Shown: positions 32,938 to 42,720, counted from the first letter of the whole stretch. The stretch is 62,153 nucleotides of DNA, filler included, from 4 parts of 4 records of this genome joined end to end with filler, not necessarily neighbours in it; one strand, 5' to 3'. Notes: generated by a model not told the origin, from the letters alone. Made by a program: numbers and translations.

Positions 32938-33733
32938 AACCTTGCTCCAGCAGCTTTTTATCCTGAGTGAAACGTCCTACCGGAAAATCCTCCGGCGGAG
33001 CCAGAATTGTCATTTTACAGTCCGCAGGAGGGTTATCAATAAAGTTAATAGCGTCATTGTAAACTGCCGAACGTCGGGCTACTGCGTCGAATAAGGCCGG
33101 ATGGTGTTTAAAAAAGCGCTTAGTAAACTTAGGCAGGGGTCTTATTTTTTTGCGGAAGCCCCGCGGCCGGGACAAAATAACGGTTATATCCCGCGCGCCC
33201 ATTTCATAGGCTTTAATTACCGGAATTGAATCACCCAGTCCGCCATCCGTCATAGGCGCTCCACCAACGGCCGGAAACTCGCGGTAGGCCAGCGGAATAG
33301 CGCAAGAAGCAGGAAATAGTTCGTGTAAGTTATCGGCTATCACCCGGGTATACACCGGAAACCCTGTATCGACATTAGTCGTTACAACGTATAAAGGCCG
33401 GTTCTGCTCCAGGTAATGACGGGTATTCAGTGGTACTTGTTCAAACGAAGCGTGCCAAAGCCAGCTCACATCGCAAAAATGTCCGCCTTTCAAAAAGCGT
33501 CGCCAGTTCAAAAACTCGGGCTGTAGCGCATGCTGCAAGAGAATTTTACGGTTACGTCCGTGGTCGCCGGCAAGAAAACCAATCAGGTTGGTTGAACCTG
33601 CCGACACCCCAATTGCAAAATCAAAGTTGGTTTGTCCGGTTTCAAGAAAGCCGTCCAGCACACCAGCGGCGAAGATACCGCGCATGGCGCCACCTTCTAC
33701 CACTAGTGCTTTTTTACTTTGCTCCTGGGTCAT
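32894..33733 (-). CDS. Patatin-like phospholipase family protein
   Basis: EGGAMRG oxyanion motif, GVSAG nucleophile, DGG. Confidence 0.9.
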   Translation of the reverse strand: MTQEQSKKALVVEGGAMRGIFAAGVLDGFLETGQTNFDFAIGVSAGSTNLIGFLAGDHGRNRKILLQHALQPEFLNWRRFLKGGHFCDVSWLWHASFEQVPLNTRHYLEQNRPLYVVTTNVDTGFPVYTRVIADNLHELFPASCAIPLAYREFPAVGGAPMTDGGLGDSIPVIKAYEMGARDITVILSRPRGFRKKIRPLPKFTKRFFKHHPALFDAVARRSAVYNDAINFIDNPPADCKMTILAPPEDFPVGRFTQDKKLLEQGYEMGRAAALATTSA

Positions 33734-33765
33734 ACACCTGCTTATTTTTTACTTCTCAATACTCT

Positions 33766-34548
33766 TTATTTTTCAATAAAGGCCTGCTCAATCACGTAGC
33801 TGCCTTGCTTACGCGATGTTGCTTTACTAAAGCCCCGTTCATTGAGAATAACCATCAGATCTTGAAGCATAGCGTCATTACCGCACAACATAAAGCGATC
33901 GTGTTCAGGGTTCAGATCTGGCATACCAATGGTTTTGGTTAAGGTGCCAGACTCCAGCAAATCGGTAATACGTTGCTGATGCGCTTCATCACGGAATGGC
34001 TCGCGGGTCACTGTCGGGTAATAAATGAGCTTTTCCCGCACCCAGTCACCAAAGTATTCGTTATTTGGCAGAATCTCAGAGATTTCTTTTTGATACGCCA
34101 ACTCAGACACCCAGCGCACACCGTGAACCAACACGACTTTATCGTACTGTTCGTATATGTCGGGGTCTTTAATAACGCTCATAAAAGGCGCTAAACCGGT
34201 GCCGGTACTGAGCAAGTACAAGTTTTTGCCTGGCAGTAAGTGCCCGGGTACTAACGTGCCTGTAGGGCGTGTCGACAACACCACTTCGTCACCCACCTTG
34301 ATATGTTGCAGGCGCGACGTTAAAGCGCCGTCCGGCACTTTAATACTGAAGAACTCAAGCTCTTCTTCATGGTTTGCACTGGCAATGCTGTAAGCTCTGA
34401 GCAGGGGCTTGTCTTCCAGTTGCAGTCCCATCATTACAAACTGACCGTTTTCGAAGGTAAAGCTTGGTTGGCGTGTGGTTCTAAAGCTAAACAGGGTGTC
34501 GTTCCAGTGGCGTACCTGAGTCACTTTTTCCGCAATGATACTTCTCAT
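33766..34548 (-). CDS. fpr: Ferredoxin/flavodoxin-NADP+ reductase
   Basis: RAYSIAS, GALTSRL, TGTGLAPF, MLCGN, C-terminal AFIEK (subclass I). Confidence 0.93.
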   Translation of the reverse strand: MRSIIAEKVTQVRHWNDTLFSFRTTRQPSFTFENGQFVMMGLQLEDKPLLRAYSIASANHEEELEFFSIKVPDGALTSRLQHIKVGDEVVLSTRPTGTLVPGHLLPGKNLYLLSTGTGLAPFMSVIKDPDIYEQYDKVVLVHGVRWVSELAYQKEISEILPNNEYFGDWVREKLIYYPTVTREPFRDEAHQQRITDLLESGTLTKTIGMPDLNPEHDRFMLCGNDAMLQDLMVILNERGFSKATSRKQGSYVIEQAFIEK

Positions 34549-34603
34549 AACAATTCCTCATTGGCGATTTTGTGCGCATAATAACATAAAAAAACTAAAT
34601 CTA

Positions 34604-34651
34604 AATGAGAATTTTTATCATTAACTATTGAAAATGAGAACGGTTTTTATA
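34604..34651. promoter_or_regulatory. Fur box(es) in the fpr / PepSY divergent region
   Basis: AATGAGAATTTTTATCATT (34604-34622) and a weaker AATGAGAACGGTTTTTATA (34633-34651). Confidence 0.8.
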
Positions 34652-34691
34652 TAAGATACATGCACTGTTGTTTGTAAAGGAAGAAAAGTGA

Positions 34692-35759
34692 ATGGCTCGA
34701 CGCTCGGGTGGCCGCAGAGGGTGGTCTTTAAAAGACTGGCATTGGATAAGCTCTGCCGTTTGCCTCATTGGCATGTTGTTGTTTTCAGTCACCGGTATAA
34801 CGCTAAACCATGCTGGCTGGATAGAATCCGCACCCAGCGTCGAAAGCCATGAAAGCTCTCTCCCACAAACGGAATTGGACCGGTTGGCGAATGCTTCAGG
34901 GAATGACGCTCTACCAACTTTTTTCCACCGCTGGTACGAAGATAAGACGCAAAACAGCATCAGTTCAAATGCCGAAATCGAATGGAGTGACTACGAATTG
35001 TACGTCGCCATGCCCCGCCCTGGCGGGGACAGCTGGTTCAGCGTCGATTTAACCAGTGGTGCTTTTTACTCTGAAACCACCGATCGCGGCTGGATTGCCT
35101 ATTTCAATGACCTCCACAAAGCCCGCAACACGGGCTTTCTCTGGAGCCTTTTCATTGACGTATTTGCCATTGCCAGCATTTTATTCACAATTACGGGGTT
35201 ATTACTTTTGAAAAAATACAGTAAAGGGCGCAAGTCCACCTGGCCGCTGGTTCTGGCCGGTTTCATCATTCCTTTGTTCGCCGTTATGGGGTCAGCACAT
35301 GCTGCTGAAAACGAGCTCAATGTCGAAATTCCCCGCCTGTCAGTCGCCGAATATCACGCACCTTACCTGGCGATATGGCTGGCCAATGAACGCAACCAAC
35401 GGGTTGCTGACATTGCAGTCTGGTACGACGTTAACCTAAAAGATAGCGAAGGCGAAAAATGGCTTAAAGACATACGCCAGTGGTGGCGTCGAAGCGGCCG
35501 CATGGCTGACATGCCTATAGACGGTGTATCGGGCGCAACCCGACGCCCCGGCACTCACAAGGTGGATTTAACACCGTTATTAACCAAATTACCGGAACTT
35601 GAGCCCGGCCAGTACTACTTGTATGTAGAAGCCGCGCGCGAAGTCGGCGGTCGCGAAATGCTGCGCCTGCCATTGTCTTTACCTATCGATAGCCCAATAT
35701 CCATCTCAGAGACCGGCGAGCACGAGCTTGGCCGAGTGTCATTAAAACTGGAGCCTTAA
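34692..35759 (+). CDS. PepSY-associated TM helix protein fused to DUF2271
   Basis: N-terminal WHW.SSA, GITLNH, DLHK membrane part; C-terminal EIPRL.VAEYH.PY.AIW, WLKD.RQWWR, DGVSGAT, EAAREVGGRE. Confidence 0.85.
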   Translation: MARRSGGRRGWSLKDWHWISSAVCLIGMLLFSVTGITLNHAGWIESAPSVESHESSLPQTELDRLANASGNDALPTFFHRWYEDKTQNSISSNAEIEWSDYELYVAMPRPGGDSWFSVDLTSGAFYSETTDRGWIAYFNDLHKARNTGFLWSLFIDVFAIASILFTITGLLLLKKYSKGRKSTWPLVLAGFIIPLFAVMGSAHAAENELNVEIPRLSVAEYHAPYLAIWLANERNQRVADIAVWYDVNLKDSEGEKWLKDIRQWWRRSGRMADMPIDGVSGATRRPGTHKVDLTPLLTKLPELEPGQYYLYVEAAREVGGREMLRLPLSLPIDSPISISETGEHELGRVSLKLEP

Positions 35760-35761
35760 TC

Positions 35762-36592
35762 ATGAAATTATCTTCTGTACTTACTACCAGCCTGGCTGTG
35801 CTGACCTTATTTGCCAGCACCAGCAGTGAAGCTCACCGCGTCTGGATTAAACCCAGCGCCACCGTTGTTTCCGGCGATTCCGAATGGGTGACTTTTGATG
35901 CCGCTATCGCCAATGGCATTTTTTATCCAGATCACTACCCGCTTAGCCTGGATTACGTAAAAGCCATGGCACCAGATGGCTCCGATGTGACTCTGGAGAA
36001 TGGTCATAAAGGCAAATACCGCTCGGTATTTGATATTGAACTGGAAAAAGAAGGCACTTACACCATTTATTCAGCCAGTTCAGGGTTATCTGCGCGCTGG
36101 ATAGATGACGAAGGTGAAAGCCAATACTGGCCACCACGTGGTGCGCAAAAAACCAATGAAGACTTCTACAAAGAAGTGCCTCAGGACGCTAAAGAGTTAG
36201 AAGTTAGTGAGCGCTCACGTCGTGTTGAAACCTTTGTTACCTCTGGTGCACCAACTTATGACACTCTGGGTCCAACAGGTAAAGGTCTGGAACTTGAACC
36301 AGTGACCCACCCGAACGATTTATACACTGGTGAAAACATTACCTTTAAGTTCAATATTGATGGTGCCGCAGCAGCGAGAACTGAAATTTTCTTGGTAAAA
36401 GGCGGTGAGCGTTATCGTGACCAGGCACAACCAACCAAGTTAACAACCGATGAGAAAGGCGAAGTCACCTTCACTCTGGATGAACCAGGCATGTACTGGT
36501 TAGAAGCAGAATACGCTGACGACAACGGCGAAGCCCCGGCTACCAAACGCCAGGGCTCTTACGTTGCCGTATTAGAAGTTCTGCCTATGTAA
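35762..36592 (+). CDS. DUF4198-family periplasmic protein
   Basis: Signal peptide AxA then H.VWI.P, LEL.P.THPNDL, TDE.G. Confidence 0.85.
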   Translation: MKLSSVLTTSLAVLTLFASTSSEAHRVWIKPSATVVSGDSEWVTFDAAIANGIFYPDHYPLSLDYVKAMAPDGSDVTLENGHKGKYRSVFDIELEKEGTYTIYSASSGLSARWIDDEGESQYWPPRGAQKTNEDFYKEVPQDAKELEVSERSRRVETFVTSGAPTYDTLGPTGKGLELEPVTHPNDLYTGENITFKFNIDGAAAARTEIFLVKGGERYRDQAQPTKLTTDEKGEVTFTLDEPGMYWLEAEYADDNGEAPATKRQGSYVAVLEVLPM

Positions 36593-36605
36593 GGTTTCAT
36601 CTGAC

Positions 36606-36627
36606 GTAGCCTGACATTTATGTCAGG
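36606..36627 (+). repeat. GTAG-type REP-like palindrome
   Basis: GTAG + CCTGACAT-tt-ATGTCAGG, 4 bp from the contig end. Confidence 0.5.
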
Positions 36628-36631
36628 TGAG

Positions 36632-36731
36632 NNNNNNNNNNNNNNNNNNNNNNNNNNNNNNNNNNNNNNNNNNNNTTAATTAATTAANNNNNNNNNNNNN
36701 NNNNNNNNNNNNNNNNNNNNNNNNNNNNNNN
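36632..36731. other. Artificial contig linker
   Basis: N44-TTAATTAATTAA-N44. Confidence 0.99.
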
Positions 36732-37100
<369 letters not shown>

Positions 37101-37173
37101 CTAAAGCCGCAGTTAGTGCCAGAACTAAAACAGAGGGTGAAAAAATACCCGGAGAAGGCTCATATAAGGGGAG

Positions 37174-37635
37174 TTACAAGCAAGACAACGCGTAGCGGAT
37201 TTGCTCAAAATTAAAGCCGCGTGTGGCGAGAAAACGTTCGCGTTTAGCACGCTCTTTGGGAGTATCACCTGGCGAGGAAAAGCGCCGAGCCAAGGTATCG
37301 CGAGCTAGCTCAAACCAATCTACGGCCTCGCGCTCTTCTACTGTGGCAAAAGCCGTCGTTGACGTTTCTTGATCTACGCCCCGCTGGCGCAGTTCCCCCT
37401 TAATGCGAATAACCCCTTGCCCACGAAGAATCCGTGAACGTATAAAGCTTTCGGCAAAACGTTCATCGGACTGTAAATCCTGCTCTTCTAAGCTATTCAG
37501 ACAGACATCAATTTCATCAGGCTGAAATGATTTTTGCTGCAACTTGCGCGCTAGCTCAGCACGAGAGTACTCGCGCCGAGACAGCATTTGAATCGCCACT
37601 TCACGCGGCGTTAACTCACTACTGGGGGGGAACAT
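37174..37635 (-). CDS. recX: Recombination regulator RecX
   Basis: LSRREYSRAEL, QSDERFA, G..RI..EL.QRGV, FL..RGF. Confidence 0.93.
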   Translation of the reverse strand: MFPPSSELTPREVAIQMLSRREYSRAELARKLQQKSFQPDEIDVCLNSLEEQDLQSDERFAESFIRSRILRGQGVIRIKGELRQRGVDQETSTTAFATVEEREAVDWFELARDTLARRFSSPGDTPKERAKRERFLATRGFNFEQIRYALSCL

Positions 37636-37651
37636 ACTGTTCTCTCAACGG

Positions 37652-38200
37652 TTAGAAGAGTGCGTCAATTCGCTCACTGATCAATGGCCAATTGGCGTCC
37701 TTCTCGGATACAACTGTGGGCGGAATAGGCCATTCAATCGCGAGGCGCTCATCATTATAGCGCAAACCACTTTCAGCCTCGGGATGATAGGCAGCCGACA
37801 CCAGATAACTGACCTCAACATCGTCGCTCAGCGTCTGAAAGGAGTGCGCAAAGCCTGGCGGCACATAAAGCTGGTACCGATTGGTCTCGGTCAGCTCGAA
37901 CAGCTGATGGTGCAGGTAGGTTTCTGAGTCTTCACGAATATCCACAATAACGTCAATAATGCTCCCCCGGAGGCAGCGCACCAGCTTGGCTTCAGCATGC
38001 GGCTCTCGCTGGTAATGCAGCCCCCTCAGAGTACCTCTCTTGGCTGAGAACGAGGTATTCTGCTGTACAAAATCGCCCAGCAAACCATGGCGCTCAAACT
38101 CCGCGCGGCACATAGTCCGGGCAAAAAAGCCCCGCTCATCACCATGGGCCTCAAGCTCTATCAGCTTGGCATCCTTGAGTTTCGTTTGATGAAATAGCAT
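37652..38200 (-). CDS. rfbC: NDP-4-keto-sugar 3,5-epimerase (RmlC/RfbC cupin)
   Basis: DERGFF, GTLRGLHYQ, K.VRC..G, PPGFAHSF, SEKD. Confidence 0.9.
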   Translation of the reverse strand: MLFHQTKLKDAKLIELEAHGDERGFFARTMCRAEFERHGLLGDFVQQNTSFSAKRGTLRGLHYQREPHAEAKLVRCLRGSIIDVIVDIREDSETYLHHQLFELTETNRYQLYVPPGFAHSFQTLSDDVEVSYLVSAAYHPEAESGLRYNDERLAIEWPIPPTVVSEKDANWPLISERIDALF

Positions 38201-38203
38201 GGC

Positions 38204-39550
38204 TTACTCCACAAAAGTAGCGGCGGTGCCAGATAGGGGTTCCAAGGCAAACATGGCTTCTTGTTCAGCATACAGACGATCGATCAAGCGCAATGGTGGA
38301 ATAAGAACATCATCGAAGGTCAGTGCCGCGTCCTTTTCGACACGACCAACCACCTGGCACCCCAGCGCTAGACCGATAGGTAGTAGCCGTTCACGCCGTA
38401 TCACCTCTATGTTTTCAGCCATGCCGTAGACTTCGAAACCGCCGAGTTCTTCGATTTTATCGCCCTCACGCAAGGTTTTCTTGGCCATAGCGATCACGCC
38501 CACCCTTGGGCCGCCTAAAGGAGATAAAACCGGATCACGGAACAACACTGCTCGCGCAACGGACGTGGGCACTTCAAAATGGCAAAGGTGATAAGGCGTT
38601 GAAAAGCAGTAATACGGCCCCTCGCCCATTTTATAAAGCTCGAGATAATGCCGTTGACGGGGATTATCGATGGTGCCCAACACGAACACACCCGGCCCCG
38701 GCCGTGCTCCAACAACGTAATCCACCAGCCCCGGCCCTGCCGGATCTAGGTAGGGTTCAAACGCCGCTATCGTCTCCTCGATAGGTACCAAGGGTCCACC
38801 AGGCACACCACCGGAAAAATCAGGACCGAGCATGCCGCGTTGAGCGACTCGCATGCCGGTACCATTGGCGACAATCGCCTGTTCAAACGAAATCTTGGTG
38901 CCATCGGCAAAAGACGCCACCATCGCCGCCTTCTGTCCCCAGCGTTTAGCAAAACTTTCCTGGGTAGCCGGATTGCGATAAGGATCATGCAGCCCCTTGA
39001 TGTTGCCACACAGCACAGGCTTAACACCCAGACCGGCGACGAAGCGATAGAGATTCATCTGTACGCCAGGCTGGTCGCCATCGGCAAAACTATAGATAAC
39101 GCCTGCAGCATCAGCCTTCGCTTTTAAAATAGGGCCGATCGTACCGTCGAGTTCCGCATTCATTTGAATGACGTCTTTACCACTTTCAAGTGCCGCCAGC
39201 ACGACATGTGCGGCGAACTCCAACGAGCCGGTTACCTCGATGATCGCATCCAACCCTTCCGCGCGAGCCAGAGCCACGGCATTCTCAGTAACTGCCGCTC
39301 GCCCCGCAGCAATCGCCATTTCAAGCTCCTGCTGAGTGTCACAGGCGATTGGTTCAATATCGGCTTGTTGATAGACCTTGACCGCTGCATCAAGGTGACG
39401 ATTGGCAATAGCGCAAAGACGCATTCCCGCTGTTGCCGTCATAATCTGCAGGCCGATCCCCCTCGCTTGGAACCCGGCTCCGATCATTCCTACTCGAATG
39501 GGATTGCCTTGAGCCTCTCGCTTGGCAAGTGCTGTATCAACGATAATCAT
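38204..39550 (-). CDS. NAD(P)-dependent oxidoreductase, homoserine-dehydrogenase-like with C-terminal SAF domain
   Basis: IGAGFQA, NAE.D.TIG, GDQPG, DGTK..FE...VAN, C-terminal AKK.L..GD...GG, LPIGL. Confidence 0.85.
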   Translation of the reverse strand: MIIVDTALAKREAQGNPIRVGMIGAGFQARGIGLQIMTATAGMRLCAIANRHLDAAVKVYQQADIEPIACDTQQELEMAIAAGRAAVTENAVALARAEGLDAIIEVTGSLEFAAHVVLAALESGKDVIQMNAELDGTIGPILKAKADAAGVIYSFADGDQPGVQMNLYRFVAGLGVKPVLCGNIKGLHDPYRNPATQESFAKRWGQKAAMVASFADGTKISFEQAIVANGTGMRVAQRGMLGPDFSGGVPGGPLVPIEETIAAFEPYLDPAGPGLVDYVVGARPGPGVFVLGTIDNPRQRHYLELYKMGEGPYYCFSTPYHLCHFEVPTSVARAVLFRDPVLSPLGGPRVGVIAMAKKTLREGDKIEELGGFEVYGMAENIEVIRRERLLPIGLALGCQVVGRVEKDAALTFDDVLIPPLRLIDRLYAEQEAMFALEPLSGTAATFVE

Positions 39551-39557
39551 CGGAGAT

Positions 39558-40334
39558 TCACTCCTTCCAAAGCTTCCAGGGAGCACTTTCCGCCCAAGCG
39601 GCCTCCAGCACCATCTTGTCCCTCAGAGTATCCATGCTTTGCCAGTATCCGTTGTGATGGAAATATCCCAATCTGCCCATTTCAATCATTCGCTGCATGG
39701 GCTCGTTTTCCCATACGGTCTGGCTGTCGTTAATCGTCTCGAATACTTCCGGCTCACAGACGAAAAAGCCGCCGTTGATCAGGCCACCATCTATTTCTCC
39801 CTTTTCGCGAAAGCCTTCCACCTGATTGTTACCTTCTTGCAAGCGCAGCGCACCATAGCGGCCCGGCTGCGTTACTGCCGTCAGGGTGCACCAATTTTTT
39901 GAGGCCAGATGAGAATCGATCAATGCTGTAATATCCAGGTCGCTCAGCCCATCGCCATAGGTCAAGCAGAAAGGCTCATCCGCCAGTAAATGCATGGCCT
40001 TCTTAAGCCGCCCACCTGTCATGGCATCGGCGCCGGTATCCAGCACGGTGACTTTCCAGTCATCGTTCACGCTTTGAAGCCAGGCGACTTTGCCTGTCTT
40101 CAGGTCGATGGTGTAGTCGGTTCGATTACCGCGATAATTGAGGAAGTAGTCGCGAATATACTCAACCTTATAGCCACCCAGCACGACGAATTCCTTCAAG
40201 CCGTGATGGGCATACATTTTCATGATATGCCAAAGAATCGGTCGCCCTCCTACTTCCACCATAGGCTTTGGACGAATCGCCGTTTCTTCACTCAAACGCG
40301 TGCCAAACCCTCCCGCAAAAATTGCAACTTTCAT
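39558..40334 (-). CDS. rfbF: Glucose-1-phosphate cytidylyltransferase
   Basis: AGGFGTRLSEET..RPKPM, DTG...TGGRL, TYGDG, INGGFF, WQSMDTLRDK. Confidence 0.93.
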   Translation of the reverse strand: MKVAIFAGGFGTRLSEETAIRPKPMVEVGGRPILWHIMKMYAHHGLKEFVVLGGYKVEYIRDYFLNYRGNRTDYTIDLKTGKVAWLQSVNDDWKVTVLDTGADAMTGGRLKKAMHLLADEPFCLTYGDGLSDLDITALIDSHLASKNWCTLTAVTQPGRYGALRLQEGNNQVEGFREKGEIDGGLINGGFFVCEPEVFETINDSQTVWENEPMQRMIEMGRLGYFHHNGYWQSMDTLRDKMVLEAAWAESAPWKLWKE

Positions 40335-41449
40335 GGCTTAGCCTCCATTTCAGGCATCGAAGTAACCGAGGAAGAGCCCGGCGAAGCAGTGGGAGTCACT
40401 CCATTACGAATTTGCCAACTCAGGTTCTCGGACAGGCGACCCTCGTCGATATGCGCTTGTAGCGCGTGCAGGCGCACATAGCGTGAGGTTCGGAATTGGG
40501 CATCAGTAAACTTCATGCCTTTTAGCCCATTAGCCACCCCTATTATCGAATCCCAAAGTGTCATTTTTGGCTGATGTTCTGGTGCTAACTTAGCGAACAG
40601 GCTGAAATCTACTTGGTAGGAGCGGCTGTCCGCCGGTGCTTGGGTATTGATACTCAGAGTGGTACCAGGAATTGCCTGGGCAACTGCCATCGCTAGATCC
40701 CGTACCTGATGGTTGCGTTCGTTAGAACCGGTATTGATATTGAGGATGCGCCCCCCATTTTCGGGCTTACGCTGTATCGCCCAACTAATGGCCCTTGCCA
40801 TATCGGAGACATCGATCAAGGGTCGCCAGGGTGACCCATCGCTAAGCACGGTAATATGCTGCTGACTAAGCGCGCAGGCGACAAAATCGTTGAGCACTAG
40901 ATCCAGGCGTAGACGTTCCGACATTCCGCAGGCAGTCGCAAAGCGTAAACTAGTAATCACCATGTCCACCTCAATGCCCGCCAAGGCTTCTTCTGCGGCA
41001 ATTTTTGAACAGGCATAGGCGGTAACCGGAGCCACAGCATCTGCTTCACAACGCGGCGCACCGAGGGCAATACCATAAATACTGCAACTCGAGGCAAACA
41101 CGAAGTTTTCCACTCCCGCTTGAGCCGCTGCTTTGGCCATGGCCACCGTAGCGTATTGATTGACGTCAGCCGTGACGGCAGCAAAACGATCTCCCATGGG
41201 GTCATTGGAGATAGCAGCCAGTTGAACCACGGCCGTGTAGCCTTCAAAAAAACCAGCAGGAATATCCCTAACGTCGCCCAAAAACTGTTGGGCGAGATAA
41301 CGTTCGGGAAGGAAATCGGCTCCCGTGAGACAGTGCGCGAAATAGGCATTGTCGTAACCATGAAGAGTGGCAGATGGATATCGTGCGGCTAACTCTCTTA
41401 CCAGTACGGAGCCGACGTACCCCATATTGCCCACGATTAATATTTTCAA
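40331..41449 (-). CDS. Extended SDR NAD-dependent epimerase/dehydratase
   Basis: GNMGYVG, LAAISNDP, ASSCSIYG, YACSK, RFATACG; TTG start. Confidence 0.9.
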   Translation of the reverse strand: MKILIVGNMGYVGSVLVRELAARYPSATLHGYDNAYFAHCLTGADFLPERYLAQQFLGDVRDIPAGFFEGYTAVVQLAAISNDPMGDRFAAVTADVNQYATVAMAKAAAQAGVENFVFASSCSIYGIALGAPRCEADAVAPVTAYACSKIAAEEALAGIEVDMVITSLRFATACGMSERLRLDLVLNDFVACALSQQHITVLSDGSPWRPLIDVSDMARAISWAIQRKPENGGRILNINTGSNERNHQVRDLAMAVAQAIPGTTLSINTQAPADSRSYQVDFSLFAKLAPEHQPKMTLWDSIIGVANGLKGMKFTDAQFRTSRYVRLHALQAHIDEGRLSENLSWQIRNGVTPTASPGSSSVTSMPEMEAKP

Positions 41450-41497
41450 AATATCACCCCATCATTTAGCGCCTGAGCGTCATTAAACCAAGTATTC

Positions 41498-42532
41498 TCA
41501 CGACCCTGTCTTAAAGCTGCTTTTATTTTTTATCCTGTTTTTTTCCTTCAAGTCAGCTTGCTCTTGGCATAGCTGGTCTAACCGCCACGTGGAAGTTTTC
41601 ATTTTTTCAATAGGTGTATCTGCAGCTTCAGACTCAGGGTAAAACCACAGACTTTCTAACATTCCGTGCAGAACTATCCTGGCCTTACGAACTTCACCTC
41701 TAAACAAAAGTATAAAAAAGAGCCGAGCAACTCGATAAACCTCTGAAATCATAAGGTAGCGATAATGTGGAAAATGGCGATATTTACGAGCGATATAAAT
41801 TTTATTTCTAATAAAGTAGCGGTATAACCTAAAGCGCGCCGGATTACTTTCATTAAGAATACTGATAGGGCCATTTTCTTGGCGTAAATGTTGCACTTTA
41901 CTCATACCAACAACATAACCGGGGTTTTCTTGAGTGACTCTTAAGGTAAATTCACTGTCTTCTCCCCAGATGAACATCGCGGTAATTGGTAAGCCATGTT
42001 GCGCCAAGGTAGTCCGCGGCAGCAGTATTGAAACGAAAGTAGCGCGATGCACAGCCACTACACCCAGCTCAAGCAGCTCGTGCCAGTCTCGATAACCAAT
42101 GGCATTTTTCAAAGGACTAATAATAGGAGTATTAGTAACCAGTCCAGTTTCAGTGAAGGCCTGGGAAAGAAGAAAAGCTGGTTTTTTTCCTTTATCTTTA
42201 AGCGCTTCATCGGCTAATAACAAAAAGTGAAGTGCGTCAGAACCAGGTATGACATCATCGTCCATTGTCCAAATAAAATCGGCACCCTCTTGATAGGCGA
42301 GACGCATACCTGCATTAAATCCCCCAGAGGCGCCAATATTATCCTTCAGCACATGTACCATAAGACCAGGGTAACTGCTTTCGGACAACATCTTTTGGGT
42401 ACCATCAGTGCTTGCATTATCAATGACGATGACACAATCGCAAGAACGGCACTGGGAATACACTGCATCGAGACATCGCTTCAGTAGTTCCTTTCGATTA
42501 TAAGTAAGGATTACCGCGAATACTTTATGCAT
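41498..42532 (-). CDS. Family 2 glycosyltransferase
   Basis: LTYNR, DNASTDGT, NIGASGGF, MDDD, WGEDSEF; visibly more AT-rich than its neighbours. Confidence 0.9.
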   Translation of the reverse strand: MHKVFAVILTYNRKELLKRCLDAVYSQCRSCDCVIVIDNASTDGTQKMLSESSYPGLMVHVLKDNIGASGGFNAGMRLAYQEGADFIWTMDDDVIPGSDALHFLLLADEALKDKGKKPAFLLSQAFTETGLVTNTPIISPLKNAIGYRDWHELLELGVVAVHRATFVSILLPRTTLAQHGLPITAMFIWGEDSEFTLRVTQENPGYVVGMSKVQHLRQENGPISILNESNPARFRLYRYFIRNKIYIARKYRHFPHYRYLMISEVYRVARLFFILLFRGEVRKARIVLHGMLESLWFYPESEAADTPIEKMKTSTWRLDQLCQEQADLKEKNRIKNKSSFKTGS

Positions 42533-42688
42533 AGCACACTTTCCCCAAAGATGAGCTTTTTCTTTTCGCGATAAAGATTAGCCTTTAAACTTAACCACCA
42601 GGCTCTCCATCATATGAAAAGTTATATTTCATTCTTTTATAATTATATAAGCAGCCCCTAACCTACAATCACCGAACGCTCCGTCATA

Positions 42689-42720
42689 GAAACGTAGTAG
42701 CAACGAAACGTAGTAGCAAC
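42689..42720. repeat. Perfect 16-bp tandem duplication
   Basis: GAAACGTAGTAGCAAC x2. Confidence 0.95.

Noticed and set aside
32347-33733. Patatin plus UDG as an anti-phage system
   Set aside because: Both resemble ordinary widespread families; no cyclase or other defence genes adjacent
37624-37630. C7 run just after the recX start codon as a phase-variation tract
   Set aside because: Too short, in frame, and no evidence of variation
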